From an uncultured bacterium (GTDB lineage: Bacteria; Verrucomicrobiota; Kiritimatiellia; RFP12; UBA1067), in NCBI GenBank assembly GCA_902799955.1, contig CADCCQ010000009.1, positions 3,066 through 67,065 on the forward strand: 64,000 nucleotides of DNA, in the 5' to 3' direction. Under the pieces are notes generated by a model, which ran no database searches, was not told the DNA's origin, and saw only the letters and a list, made by a program, of their open reading frames with translations. The translations under genes and the position numbers were made by a program. Shown here piece by piece: positions 1 through 11,944 of the stretch (its first letter is position 1; every line of letters starts with the position of its first letter).

Positions 1-1
1 C

Positions 2-673
2 AACTACCAGACGTTCACGCTCGCCCCGGCGAGCGCGCAGGAGATGCTCGACCTCACCATGAAGGCGTTTGAGAAGTCCGCGAAGTGGCGCACGCCGGCG
101 ATCGTGTTCGCCGACGGGCTGCAGGGCCAGATGATGGAGTCCGTCAGGCTCCCCGAAAGGGAGATGGAGAGGCCCGACTTCGGCGAATGGGCGGCGCAGG
201 GCGAGCCGAGGACGCGCGCCAACCTGGTGAAGTCGATCTACCTCGACGCCGCCCAGCAGGAGGAGTTCAACCGCCATCTCCAGGAGAAGTACGAGCGCAT
301 GGAGGGGGACGCGATGGCGGAGACGTACCTCGCGGACGACGCGGAGCTGCTGATCGTGGCCTTCGGCATATCGAGCCGCATCGCGCGCACGACCGCCGAG
401 GAGCTGCGGAAGGGCGGCGTGAAGGCTGGCGTGTTCCGTCCGGTCACGCTCAACCCGTTCCCGCGCGGGGCGCTTGCCGCGGCCGCGAAGGGGCGGCGGG
501 TCATGGCGGTCGAGCTCGACGCGGGGCAGTTCGCCGACGACGTGCGCCTCAACCTGGCGAAGGCCGGGCTTGGCGCAGAGGCCGCAGGCGTGGCAATGGT
601 CAACCGCATGGGCGGACAGGTCGTGACGGTCGACGACGCAGTCAAGGCCGCGAGGACGATTCTGGGGAAGTGA
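2..673 (+). CDS. 2-oxoacid:ferredoxin oxidoreductase alpha subunit, C-terminal part (5' end outside the window)
   Basis: The reading frame is open from the window edge. The translation (NYQTFTLAPASAQEMLDLTMKAFEKSAKWRTPAIVFADG...) looks like the C-terminal half of KorA/PorA-type alpha subunits. The beta-subunit gene follows after a 1-nt gap. Confidence 0.7.
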   Translation, partial: NYQTFTLAPASAQEMLDLTMKAFEKSAKWRTPAIVFADGLQGQMMESVRLPEREMERPDFGEWAAQGEPRTRANLVKSIYLDAAQQEEFNRHLQEKYERMEGDAMAETYLADDAELLIVAFGISSRIARTTAEELRKGGVKAGVFRPVTLNPFPRGALAAAAKGRRVMAVELDAGQFADDVRLNLAKAGLGAEAAGVAMVNRMGGQVVTVDDAVKAARTILGK

Positions 674-674
674 C

Positions 675-2129
675 ATGAAGACGATCGAGCAAAAGGGAAT
701 GTATGCGAAGTTCCCGCGCAGCGGGAAGGACGTGAGCTACACGCACTACTGCCCGGGCTGCGGGCACGGGATAATCAACAAGCTGATCGCCGAGGCCTGC
801 GCGGAGCTGGGGCTCCAGGACCGCACGATCTTCGTGGATCCCGTCGGCTGCGGCGTGTTCACCTACTACTACTGGGACGCGGCGCACATCTCCGCCGCGC
901 ACGGACGCGCCTCCGCAGTGGCGACTGGCGTATGCCGCGCCAGGCCCGACGCCGTCGCCATCGCCTACCAGGGCGACGGCGACCTCGGCGCGATCGGCTT
1001 CAACAACGCCTTCCAGGCGGCCTCGCGCGGCGAGAGGTTCGGCTGCATCTTCGTCAACAACTCGCTGTACGGCATGACCGGCGGGCAGATGGCCCCGACG
1101 ACCCTCGAGGGCGAGGTCACAACGACGACGCCCTTCGGGCGCGACCCGGCGGTCGCCGGGCGTCCGCTCCACGTCTGCGAGGTCTTCAACCAGCTCAAGG
1201 CGCCGGTGTACATAGCCCGCGTCTCGGTGGCCGACACGCGGCGCATCATGCAGGCGAAGGCCGCGATCCGCAGGATGTTCGAGATCCAGCGCGACGGCAG
1301 GGGCTATGCGCTTCTGGAGATCCTCGCGCCATGCCCGACGAACTTCAAGATGGACCCGATGAAGGCCGCGGCCTTTTGCATCGACGAGATGGAGAGGGAG
1401 TACCCGCTGGGCGTGTTCAGGGACGCCGAGAAGGGGATTGGGCACGAGACGGCAGACGCGGGCCGTGAAGAGCCGGCTGCCGCGTCTGGTGCCGCGTCCG
1501 TCCTTGCGGTAAAGCCTGTGCCGCAGGTTGCGAGCTGCCATGGCCTGTTCCTGGAGAAGGACGCGGCGCCGGCCGCGGTCGACGACCCGTCGTTCCCGGA
1601 GCGGCGCTTCAAGTTCGCCGGGTATGGCGGGCAGGGCGTCTTGTCGCTCGGGCTCGTGATCGCCGAGGCCGCCAGGCTTGAGCGCCGCCATACGCTGTGG
1701 TTCCCGAGCTACGGGCCGGAACAGCGCGGCGGTAGCGCCAACTGCTCGGTCGTGGTCTCCGGCCTGCCGATCGGCGCGCCGACGGTGGAGCATCCCGACG
1801 TCCTCGTCTGCATGAACCAGCCCGCCTACGAGCGCTTCGCAGGCGACGTGAAGGCCGGCGGCACGGTGATTGTGGACGAGACGGTGCCGATCAACGTCAA
1901 GCCGCCGGAGGGTGTCAGGCTCGTCCGCTGGCCGGCGATCGCGATGGCGGAGGAGTTCGGCGTCCCGAAGGCCGCGAACACCATGATGCTCGCCGCGCTG
2001 AAGAAGTTCCGCTGCATGGGCCTTTCCGACGAAAGCCTGGAGAAGGCGCTCGTCGCAAGCTTCAGGAAGAAGCCCGCCCTCGGCGAGAAAAACCGCGACC
2101 TGCTCAGGCAGGCGGAGGCGCGCGGATGA
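675..2129 (+). CDS. 2-oxoacid:ferredoxin oxidoreductase beta (TPP-binding) subunit fused to a gamma-subunit-like C-terminal domain
   Basis: The N-terminal YCPGCGHG motif and the TPP-type motif YQGDGDLGAIGFNN are present. The C-terminal ~190 aa (FKFAGYGGQGVLSLGLVIAEAA...) resembles the gamma subunit. Confidence 0.75.
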   Translation: MKTIEQKGMYAKFPRSGKDVSYTHYCPGCGHGIINKLIAEACAELGLQDRTIFVDPVGCGVFTYYYWDAAHISAAHGRASAVATGVCRARPDAVAIAYQGDGDLGAIGFNNAFQAASRGERFGCIFVNNSLYGMTGGQMAPTTLEGEVTTTTPFGRDPAVAGRPLHVCEVFNQLKAPVYIARVSVADTRRIMQAKAAIRRMFEIQRDGRGYALLEILAPCPTNFKMDPMKAAAFCIDEMEREYPLGVFRDAEKGIGHETADAGREEPAAASGAASVLAVKPVPQVASCHGLFLEKDAAPAAVDDPSFPERRFKFAGYGGQGVLSLGLVIAEAARLERRHTLWFPSYGPEQRGGSANCSVVVSGLPIGAPTVEHPDVLVCMNQPAYERFAGDVKAGGTVIVDETVPINVKPPEGVRLVRWPAIAMAEEFGVPKAANTMMLAALKKFRCMGLSDESLEKALVASFRKKPALGEKNRDLLRQAEARG

Positions 2130-2938
2130 CGATGCGCCGCGTCCATTTCCATGTGAACCCGACGAAGGACGGCGCCGCGGCGGTGCACGCCGCGCTTGCC
2201 GCCGCGCTGCCTCGCTTCGGCATGGAGGAGTGCGCCTCAGCGGCGGACGCCGACGTGGTGATCGCGCTCGGCGGCGACGGCACGATCCTCCGCGCCGCGC
2301 ACGTCAACCCGCCGCGCCCGGTGGTCGGCTTCAACCTCGGCGGGCTTGGCTACCTCTCCGCCGTCGAGCGCAGGGACTTCGAGACGGCGCTGTCGCTGCT
2401 CGCGGAGGGGCGCTTCTCCATCTCGCGGCGCACGATGCTGGAGGCGTCGCGCGCCGGCGCCGCGGCGGTCCGCGCGTTGAACGACGTCGCGCTCATGCGC
2501 GAGCTCTCCGGGCACGCCGCCGTGCTGGACCTGGCGGTCGACGGACGCCCCGCCGCGCGCTATTTCGCCGACGGGCTCGTAATCGCGACCCCGACTGGCT
2601 CCACCGCGTACTCCCTTTCGGCGGGCGGCCCTGTGCTGATGCCGGACAGCGCCTCGTTCGTCGTCACGCCGATGAACCCCCACGCCCTAGGCGTGCGGCC
2701 GATCGTCGTGAGCGACTCCGTCACGCTCTCCGTGAGCGTCCGCGAGCGCACCGGCGAAGGGCGCGGCGGCAGGATAGGCGTCTACGCCGACGGCGAGAAC
2801 GCCATGATGCTTGACGACGGCGAGGCGATAGAGATTCGCAAGGCCGCCGAATGCGCCCTCTTCGTCGAGCTGGAGGGCTATGACCCATACGGAGTCCTCT
2901 CCAGGAAGCTGGGATGGGCGGGAAGGAGCGCGCTGTGA
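2126..2938 (+). CDS. nadK: NAD kinase
   Basis: Motifs GGDGTILRAA, NDVAL and ATPTGSTAYSLSAGGP are present. The start overlaps the upstream stop by 4 nt. Confidence 0.85.
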   Translation: MTMRRVHFHVNPTKDGAAAVHAALAAALPRFGMEECASAADADVVIALGGDGTILRAAHVNPPRPVVGFNLGGLGYLSAVERRDFETALSLLAEGRFSISRRTMLEASRAGAAAVRALNDVALMRELSGHAAVLDLAVDGRPAARYFADGLVIATPTGSTAYSLSAGGPVLMPDSASFVVTPMNPHALGVRPIVVSDSVTLSVSVRERTGEGRGGRIGVYADGENAMMLDDGEAIEIRKAAECALFVELEGYDPYGVLSRKLGWAGRSAL

Positions 2939-3861
2939 CGATTGAAGGGCTGAATGCGCTTGTCGAGTCGGGCGGCATCGACGAGTACATCCGCGTCTGC
3001 GAGGCGCGGCAGGTGAAGGCGCTGTCGAAGATCGCGGACGACATAACGTCGCGCCCCGGGGTCAGGCTCGCGCTGCTCGCGGGCGCGTCGTCCGCCGGCA
3101 AGACGACCACCGCAAAGCGGCTCTGCACGCAGCTAAGGGTCGACGACCGCGAGGCCATGCTCCTCTCCACCGACGACTACTTCGTCGGCAACTCGAGGAA
3201 CCCGCGCGACGAGAACGGCGAGTTCGACTACGAATGCGTGGAGTGCGTCGACATGCCGCGCCTGGCTGCGGACCTCAACGCGCTCATGCGCGGCGAGGCC
3301 GTGCACATGCGCCGCTTCGACTTCGTCGCCCACGAGGGATTCGACGAGGAGACGACGACCTCCCTTCCGGCCGGCGGCATCGTCGTCCTGGAGGGAATCC
3401 ACGCGCTCAACCCCATTCTCACCGAGCATGTCGCCGACGATTGCAAGTACCGGCTCTTCATCGAGCCGAAGACACAGCTCACCGTGTTCGCCAACACGCG
3501 CCTCCAGCCGGCCGACGGACGCCTCCTCAGGCGCCTTGTCAGGGACAACCAGTTCCGCAAGATGAGCCCGATTGACACGTTCAACATCTGGCCGAAGGTG
3601 CTTGCCGGCGAGCGCAAGTGGATAGACCCGTTCCGCCCCTTCGCGGACGCCGAGTTCGACTCCGGCCTGGAGTACGAGCTCTCCGTCCTCAAGAACTACG
3701 TCGGGGGGCTTCTTGAGATGGTGAAGATCAAGATGCCCGACGAAATGAGGGCGAGGTCGCTCGCGACGATGCTTTCCGCCATACTCCCGGCGGATCCGTC
3801 CAAGGTCCCGGGCGATTCGATACTGAGGGAGACGATAGGCGGAAGCCTTCTCGACTACTGA
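2914..3861 (+). CDS. P-loop nucleoside kinase of the uridine kinase/phosphoribulokinase family
   Basis: Walker A motif GASSAGKTTTAKRL followed by STDDYF and VVLEGIHALNP, as in Udk/PRK-family kinases. An alternative GTG start at 2935 would give a 4-nt overlap with nadK. Confidence 0.6.
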   Translation: MGGKERAVTIEGLNALVESGGIDEYIRVCEARQVKALSKIADDITSRPGVRLALLAGASSAGKTTTAKRLCTQLRVDDREAMLLSTDDYFVGNSRNPRDENGEFDYECVECVDMPRLAADLNALMRGEAVHMRRFDFVAHEGFDEETTTSLPAGGIVVLEGIHALNPILTEHVADDCKYRLFIEPKTQLTVFANTRLQPADGRLLRRLVRDNQFRKMSPIDTFNIWPKVLAGERKWIDPFRPFADAEFDSGLEYELSVLKNYVGGLLEMVKIKMPDEMRARSLATMLSAILPADPSKVPGDSILRETIGGSLLDY

Positions 3862-3871
3862 GGCTAAAGTC

Positions 3872-5808
3872 ATGGCAGTGGAACTCAACGAGGCGACGAT
3901 CGAGGAGCTCAAGGCCCGCACGGACCTGGGCGAGCTGATTGCGTCCTACGGGGTTTCTCTGCGTAGGTCGGGCTCAGGGGTGACGGCGTGCTGCCCGTTC
4001 CACAACGAAAAGACGCCGAGCTTCCACGTGAACGTCTCCAAGGGCTTCTACCACTGCTTCGGATGCGGGGAGTCCGGGGACGCGATCAAGTTCGTGCAGA
4101 AGTACGAGGGGCTGTCCTTCATGGACGCCGTGAAGAAGCTCGCCGCGATGTGCGGGATGGAGATAAAGTCCCGCGAGAACCCGGAGGCCGGGCGCTCGAA
4201 GAGGCTCTACGCCCTGATGGCCGACCTCGCCGCGTTCTACCACAGGTGCCTCGCCAAGACGAAGGAGGCGGCGATCGCGCGCGAATACCTCGAAAGGCGG
4301 CGGCTTGGGGCCGAGGCCCAGGAGGACTTCCTCATAGGGTACGCGCCAGCCGGGGCGGCCATCGTGATGAAGTGGGCGGAGAAGCACGGCTACACGCCCG
4401 AGGAGATGGCAGCCGCCGGGGTCGTCAAGCTCCCGGAGAGGCGCGGAGGCTCGTTCTACCACCGCTTCGCCGGGCGGCTCATGTTCACCGTTCGCGACAG
4501 GCAGGGGCGCGTAGTCGCCTTCTCCGGCCGACAGCTCGTCGAGGACAAGCGCTCCGGAAAGTACGTAAACTCCCCCGAGACGCCCATCTTCAAGAAGGGG
4601 CGCGTCCTCTTCGGCTTCGACAAGGCCGCGTCGAACATCGTCCGCTCCCCTCACCGCGAGGTGATATGCTGCGAAGGGCAGATAGACACCATCCGCCTAC
4701 ACATCTCCGGCTTCAACACCGCCGTCGCGTCGCAGGGCACGGCCTTCACCGAGGACCACGCCAGGATGATCCGCCGCGTCGCCGACTCCGCCGTCCTGAT
4801 GTACGACGACGACGCGGCGGGGCACAAGGCCACGGTCAAGGTCGCGTCCATGCTCCTCGCGATGGAGATGCCGGTCAGGGTCGTGAGCCTCCCCGACGGA
4901 GACGACCCGGACTCCTTCCTGCTGAAGCATCCGCCGGAGGATCTCGCGTCGCGGATCGCGTCGGCGGAGTCCATCGTCTCGTTCCAGTGCAGGATGGAGA
5001 GGGCGAAGGAGGCGAACCCCGGCTCGATAGACGCGGTGATGCGCGTCGCGAAGGCCGTCCTCGAGACGATTGCGTCGTGCCCCGGCGCCGTGCTGAGGTC
5101 CAGCATGGTCGACGAGGCGTCGCGCATACTTTCCATCCCCACCGCCGCGCTCATGGAGGACCTGGCGAAGCTGAAGGCCGCGAAGGCCGCCGCCCGCCCA
5201 GTTCCGGCGGCGGACAAGTCGCCTGCCGGGGGGGCGGAGGGCGTGGACGGCGGCCCGGCGACGGACGCGCCGGCGGCCGCGGACGGCCGCGACGAGGTCG
5301 TCGGGATGTCCGCCGCGGCGGCCGAGCCGCCGCCGGACCGCGAACTCGCGTTCATGGGGTTTCTGATGGCGAACGAGGACGACCCCGACCTCGTGCGCAT
5401 GGCCGTCGCGAACTTCGCCCCGGCGATGTTCGCCAGCGACTTCACGCGGCGCTTCCTCGGCCGCTGGCTTGGCGAGGCGAAGGACGGCGAGGACAGGTTC
5501 GCGGAGTTCCAGGAGGAGCTTGGGGAAGTCGAGAGGAAGTGGTTCGACGGCATCCTCTCCTCCTCCTACCGGAGCTACGCGAGCGGGCTCGACCGCGCGG
5601 AGATCATGCGCGACTTCGCGCGCTCCCTGTGGTGCGACCAGCTCAGGCGCGAGCGAGGTTCGCTCCCGGCGTCGGGCGACGATGCCGCCGCGTCGAGGAG
5701 AATCGAGATTTCAATGGACCTCAAGCGGCTCCAGCAGGCGAGCTGGGAAGACGCTTCGGGGCTGATCGCAGGCTTGGTTGCCAACATGACGAAAGGAGAA
5801 AAAGACAA

Positions 5809-5812
<4 letters not shown>
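3872..5812 (+). CDS. dnaG: DNA primase
   Basis: Zinc-ribbon motif CPFHNEKTPSFHVNVSKGFYHCFGCGESGDAIKF and Toprim region (EGQIDTI, YDDDAAG) are present. There is an Ala/Pro-rich linker before the C-terminal domain. Confidence 0.9.
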
Positions 5813-6767
<955 letters not shown>

Positions 6768-6771
<4 letters not shown>

Positions 6772-8015
6772 CACAAGCCCCCTGGCGCCCAATGCGCAAT
6801 TCCTCCATCGCATGGATAGTGTGCGCCGTCTCGCTCGGCGGACTTCTCTTCGGCTTCGACGCCGGGGTGATCTCCGGGTGCGAGAAGGCGATACAGGCCG
6901 AGTTCGACCTCAGGCCGTTCTGGCACGGGCTTGTCGTCGCGAGCGCGCTGATAGGCACGGTGTTCGGTGCCCTCGCGGCGGGCAGGATGTGCGACCTTCT
7001 GGGGCGCAAGCCCACGCTCGTCTGGATGGGCGTGCTGTTTCTGGTCTCCGCCGCCGGCTGCGCCTTCACGCCGCACGGCGGCGTGGTCGGACCGCACGTC
7101 CTGGGTTGGATGCGCTTTATCGGCGGAATCGCGACCGGCGGCGTGTCGATCGCAGTCCCGATGTACATCGCGGAGATCGCGCCGCCGGAAAGGCGGGGGC
7201 GGCTGGTCCTCGTCTACCAGTTCTGCATCGTCCTAGGAATCGTCGTCTCCTACGTCTCGAACTACTGCGTCGCGAGGTGGCTGCCGTTCCCGCCACGCGT
7301 CGTGTGGCGCGTGATGCTCGGCGCCGAGTGCCTCCCGATACTGATGTACCTCGCCGCCCTGACCAGCGTGCCGGAAAGCCCGCACCAGGCGAAGGTCCAG
7401 GCCTCCGCCCCGCTCTTCGTGCGGCGCAACATGCGTCCGATCCTCCTCTGCTTCACCGTAGCGTTCTTCAGCCAGCTCTCCGGCGTGAACGCCGTGAACT
7501 TCTACTCTCCAAGGATATTCGAAATGATATTCGGCGAGGGGAGCAAGCTCGTCTCGCTCGCCGGGACGATCGGCGTCGGGATCGTGAACCTCGTGTTCAC
7601 CGTCCTCGCGTTCTTCCTGATCGACTGGTTCGGAAGGCGCAGGCTGCTGATATCGGGATGCGTCGCCATGGCGGCGATGCACGGGCTCGTCGCATGGCAG
7701 ATTTCGCTCGGGCCCAATTGCACGCCCTGGCTCGCGCTCGCGGGCGTCTACGGGTTCATTGCGTCGGTCGCGTTCTCCGCGAGCGCGGTCATCTGGGTGT
7801 TCATCAGCGAGATATTCCCGCCGGACGTGCGGGCCAAGGGGCAGAGCTTCGGCGGCGCCGTGCACTGGATCATGTGTATGCTCGTCTCCTGGCTCTTCCC
7901 GGTCGCCGTCGAGCACACCGGGACGTACGCCTTCGCGTTCTTCGCGGCGATGATGCTGATCGAGGCCGTCTGGGCCATATTCGTGATGCCCGAGACTAAG
8001 GGCAAGAGCATCTAA
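6768..8015 (+). CDS. MFS sugar-porter family transporter
   Basis: Start taken at the ATG at 6768 inside track ORF 6342..8015 (4-nt overlap with the MoxR stop). Motifs LGGLLFGFDAGVISG, GRKP, PMYIAEIAPPERRG and PESP are present, along with multiple hydrophobic helices. Confidence 0.75.
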
Positions 8016-8028
8016 GGAGTGCAAGGGC

Positions 8029-9606
8029 ATGGAAGTCTCCCGTCTTGGTTTCCTGAAGGGACTGGCGTCCGCGTTCGGCGCAGGGGCGCTCGGGGGCGGC
8101 ACGCGGCTCTTCGCGGCGCCGCCCGGATGGAAGCCGCCGAAGAACGCCAACCTCGTGTTCGGCGTCGTGAGCGACACCCATCTGAGGACGACGACGGACG
8201 GGAAGTACAGCAAGAAGTACTGGTCCGACAAATGGTTCGTCTCCGCGCTCAAGTGCTTCCGGTCGCAGAATGTGGACGCCGTCCTGCACCTCGGGGACAT
8301 GGCACACACCGGACAGATCGCCGAGATGGAGTTTCACGCCGCCGCGTGGCGCAAGGTGTTCCCGAAGGACCTTGCACCGGACGGACACAAAGTGGAACGC
8401 CTGTTTGTGGCCGGCAACCACGATCTCGACGGAACCACCTACGGCATCGGCAAGCTAGTGAAGAATCTCTATCCCGATCCGGAGGAGTTCAAGAAGCACG
8501 TCCTCTGCACGGACATCGCCGGCAACTGGCAGCGCATCTGGGGCGAGCCGTACGCCGAGGCGTGGCACAGGGTTGTGAAGGGATACCACTTCTTCGGACG
8601 CCACTACGCGGGGAAGGGCTTCAATGCGTGCGAGGCGAAGACCCTTGCGCTCGTGAAGGAGGTCGACGCGAAATGCGGCCTCGCGAAGGACAAGAGGCCG
8701 TTCTTCCATTTCTCGCACATCAGGGCGCACGCCGCCTTCAACAAGGCGATGGCGCCGTATCGCAACGCCGTGGGGTTCTTTGGGCACTGGCACGCCAGCG
8801 CGTCCAACTGGAGCGTCATCCACATGTTCGGTTCCTCCCCGACGATTCAGTGTCCGTCATGCGCGCCGATGGGGTCGAACAGCCTGTCGCCCGGCACGTG
8901 CAAATGGGCGAAGGCGCCGTTCGCGGAAGTTACGCAGGACGACCTCGGCCGCAGCCGCCAGGGATACGTGGTGCGCGTCTACGACGACATGGTCGTGTTC
9001 GAGCGCCACGAGTTCGGGAAGAGCGGCAAGATCGGCGCGGACTGGATAATGCCGCTAGGCAAGTACGATCCGCATCCGTTCGTCCAATCGGAGCTCCTGA
9101 AGGCCATCGGCAAGCCGCAGTTTCGGAAGGGTGCGAAGCTGGAAATATGCAATTGTGGGAATGTGGAATCATGTAAACAGCCATTGTCCAATGGGCAAGA
9201 TGCAAATTCAAAGTCAAGCAACGAAGCGGCGTCACAGCCAATTGGCAATTCCGCTATTCCACAATCCTTGAAGATCTCCATCCCTCCGGCGGACGGCAAT
9301 CCGAAGTGCCGCGTGTTCGCGTACGAGGTCGCAGTTTGCGCCTCCCCCCTCTCGCCGACTCAACCACCCCCGACTCAAACACTCACAACTCAAACACCCA
9401 AACCCTTCTCCAAGCTCGTCTTCGCCACCGGATGCAATGTGAGCGCGGCGCACGCGCCCAAAGGCGGCGTCACTACTGTCGAGTTCAAGAGGGAGGAGCT
9501 TCCGCCGGGAGGGGAGTTGACTTTCCGCGTCACGCCGCGCTCATGCCTGGGCACGTCCGGCGCGCCACTTTGCGAAAATAAAAAGCTGGATTCAATCGTC
9601 TTATGA
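8029..9606 (+). CDS. Secreted calcineurin-like metallophosphoesterase with C-terminal extension
   Basis: The N-terminus is Tat/signal-like (SRLGFLKGLASAFGAGALGG). Phosphoesterase motifs GVVSDTHL, LHLGDMAHTG and GNHD are present. The C-terminal third contains a low-complexity Thr/Pro/Gln linker. Confidence 0.6.
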   Translation: MEVSRLGFLKGLASAFGAGALGGGTRLFAAPPGWKPPKNANLVFGVVSDTHLRTTTDGKYSKKYWSDKWFVSALKCFRSQNVDAVLHLGDMAHTGQIAEMEFHAAAWRKVFPKDLAPDGHKVERLFVAGNHDLDGTTYGIGKLVKNLYPDPEEFKKHVLCTDIAGNWQRIWGEPYAEAWHRVVKGYHFFGRHYAGKGFNACEAKTLALVKEVDAKCGLAKDKRPFFHFSHIRAHAAFNKAMAPYRNAVGFFGHWHASASNWSVIHMFGSSPTIQCPSCAPMGSNSLSPGTCKWAKAPFAEVTQDDLGRSRQGYVVRVYDDMVVFERHEFGKSGKIGADWIMPLGKYDPHPFVQSELLKAIGKPQFRKGAKLEICNCGNVESCKQPLSNGQDANSKSSNEAASQPIGNSAIPQSLKISIPPADGNPKCRVFAYEVAVCASPLSPTQPPPTQTLTTQTPKPFSKLVFATGCNVSAAHAPKGGVTTVEFKREELPPGGELTFRVTPRSCLGTSGAPLCENKKLDSIVL

Positions 9607-9637
9607 CAATAGGAGCTCAAGTGAAAGGGGTACGAAG

Positions 9638-11944
9638 ATGAAAACCATAAACGCGGGGATGTTTGTCGTGATGGCCGGGCTGTGCGCGGCGGCGAATGCC
9701 GTCGAGTTCTCGAAGGCCGGGTACTGGGAGGCGGCGGGGTCTCCGCGCCGAGTGGAGGCGCTGACGACGGGATGGGAGTTCTCCCTCGACGAGTTCAAGA
9801 CGGCGAAGCGCGTCACTCTCCCGCACTGCATAGACGAGGGGGAGCTGGGTCTCGAGGCTTCTGGATGCGTCAACCGCCAGCAGGCGGCGTGGTACCGCCG
9901 CCGCTTCGCGTGGAAGAAGGGCGGCGCGCGCCAGTTCCTGCACTTCGAGGCGATCATGGGCAAGAGCCGCGTGACGCTGAACGGCAGTAAGGTCGCCGAG
10001 CACTTCGGCGGATACCTCCCCATCCACGTCGAGGTGACGGGGATCCTGAAGGAGGGCGAGAACCTCCTGGAGGTCTGGTGCGACAACTCGGACGATCCCA
10101 ACTATCCGCCCGGGAAGCCGCAGACTGCGCTCGACTTCACCTACTTCGGCGGAATCTACCGAGACGCCTACCTGATCGAGACCGGCGAGGCGTACGTCGC
10201 CGACACCGACAGGGGCGGTGTGCGCATAACATCCAACCTCGGCAAGGACGGCAAGTGGACCGTTCGCGCCGACGTAGCCCTCGGGGGCGACGTCGACGGG
10301 GCGAAGGTAGAGCTGTTCTACGACGGGAAGCCGGTGACTTCGCCGTTCCATCCCGAGTCCCCCGCGCTCTGGACGCCCGAGACGCCGAATCTCCATTGGC
10401 TTCGCGTGGACGTCAGGAAGGGCGGCCGGCTCACGGACAGCGTGTGCGTCCGCTTCGGCATCCGCGACTTCACCCTCGACCACGGCGGGCTCACGCTCAA
10501 CGGGAAGCCGTATCCGAAGAAGCTCATCGGGGCGAACCGCCACCAGGACTACGCATTCATCGGGAACGCGCTTCCGAACTCGCTCCACTGGCGCGACGTG
10601 AAGAAGTTCAGGGACTGCGGCATGACCGTGTTCCGCTGCGCGCACTACCCCCAGGACCCGGCGTTCATGGACGCCTGCGACGAGATGGGGATGTTCGTGA
10701 TCGTGGCGACGCCCGGCTGGCAGTTCTGGAACAAGAAGAACCCCGAATTCGAGAAAAGGGTCTACGACGACATCGAGAAGATGGTCCGCCGCGACAGGTC
10801 GCGTCCGTCGCTTCTCATGTGGGAGCCGATACTGAACGAGACGTACTTCCCAGGCTACTTCACTACCAACGCCGTCGCGGCGGTCAAGCGCAACGCGCTG
10901 CCGCCGAACGACTACTGCGGATGCGACCTGCAGTCCGCCGGGAGCGGTGTGTGCGAGGTCAACTACTGCCACCACGGCGCGGGCGCGAACGTGTCGTTCC
11001 GCCGCGAGTGGGGCGACTTCGTCGACGACTGGTCGGCGCAGAACTCCCCGTCCCGCATCCCGTGGGAGTGGGGCGAGTGGCCGATGGTAGTGCAGGCCAA
11101 CCACTACATGTGGATGCTCGACGAGCTCCTGGCCGATCCGCCGCACCACTTCGGCGCGTGCCTCTGGCACGGCACCGACCACGCGCGCGGGTACCACCCC
11201 GACAACTTCTACGGCGGCATCATGACATACGCCCGCCAGAAGAAGTACTCCTGGTATGCCTTCAAGGCCAAGCTCACCGACAAGCCTTTCGTCTATGTCG
11301 CGCACGAACTGGCGTTCTGCTCGCCGGAGACGGTGACGGTGTTCTCGAACTGCTCGTACAAGGCGACGCTCATAGGCGAGCCGTTCAAGCCCGGCGAGAC
11401 GAAGTACGAATACCGCAAGGCGCACGGCAAGGCCTCCGCGTACAGGCGGCAGAGGCGCAGGAACGTGAGGGAGATAGAGAACTTCACGGCGACGCTCCAG
11501 GACGGGACGAAGGTCGTGAAGGTCCCTGCGAAGCGCTGCGTCAAGATCGCGCTCGCGCTGGACACCGAGGGCCTCGCGCCCGTCGCGGACGGCGGGGACC
11601 TCGTCGCGGTCACGGCGACGCTTTCCGACGGAGAGGGGAACCCCAAGCGCTACGAGACCGAGACGATCCGGTTCTCCGTGGAGGGCGAGGCGGACATCGT
11701 GGGCACGAACCCGCAGGTGACGCGCTGGGGCGAGGCCGTCGTGTTGGTGCGCCCGAGGGCGTCTGCGAACCCGAAGCCGATCAAGGTTCGGGCCGCGACG
11801 ATCCGGCAGGGCAGGTACGCCCCGTCGGCCGGCACGCTCGAGTTCACGCCCGGCGCGCCCGGCGTCAGCGTGACGTCCGACGCGGCTGGCTCCGACGCGG
11901 CGATACGCGCCGTCGGCCGCCAGCAGCAGGCTTTTGAACTGTAG
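9638..11944 (+). CDS. Glycoside hydrolase family 2 enzyme (beta-galactosidase/glucuronidase-like)
   Basis: A signal peptide is present. GH2-like blocks include NGSKVAEHFGGYLPIHVEVT, LIGANRHQDYAFIGNA and FRCAHYPQDPAFMDACDEMGMFV. Confidence 0.7.
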   Translation: MKTINAGMFVVMAGLCAAANAVEFSKAGYWEAAGSPRRVEALTTGWEFSLDEFKTAKRVTLPHCIDEGELGLEASGCVNRQQAAWYRRRFAWKKGGARQFLHFEAIMGKSRVTLNGSKVAEHFGGYLPIHVEVTGILKEGENLLEVWCDNSDDPNYPPGKPQTALDFTYFGGIYRDAYLIETGEAYVADTDRGGVRITSNLGKDGKWTVRADVALGGDVDGAKVELFYDGKPVTSPFHPESPALWTPETPNLHWLRVDVRKGGRLTDSVCVRFGIRDFTLDHGGLTLNGKPYPKKLIGANRHQDYAFIGNALPNSLHWRDVKKFRDCGMTVFRCAHYPQDPAFMDACDEMGMFVIVATPGWQFWNKKNPEFEKRVYDDIEKMVRRDRSRPSLLMWEPILNETYFPGYFTTNAVAAVKRNALPPNDYCGCDLQSAGSGVCEVNYCHHGAGANVSFRREWGDFVDDWSAQNSPSRIPWEWGEWPMVVQANHYMWMLDELLADPPHHFGACLWHGTDHARGYHPDNFYGGIMTYARQKKYSWYAFKAKLTDKPFVYVAHELAFCSPETVTVFSNCSYKATLIGEPFKPGETKYEYRKAHGKASAYRRQRRRNVREIENFTATLQDGTKVVKVPAKRCVKIALALDTEGLAPVADGGDLVAVTATLSDGEGNPKRYETETIRFSVEGEADIVGTNPQVTRWGEAVVLVRPRASANPKPIKVRAATIRQGRYAPSAGTLEFTPGAPGVSVTSDAAGSDAAIRAVGRQQQAFEL

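Noticed and set aside
642-1793. 383-aa minus-strand ORF antisense to the oxidoreductase beta-subunit gene
   Set aside because: Its Arg/Ala/Gly/Pro-rich composition is typical of shadow frames in high-G+C DNA. It has no motifs and fully overlaps a gene with clear TPP-enzyme motifs.
3988-5808. The N-terminal ~600 codons of the 927-aa track ORF 3988..6771
   Set aside because: This part is an Arg-rich alternative frame over dnaG. Only the portion from the ATG at 5809 onward has MoxR ATPase motifs.
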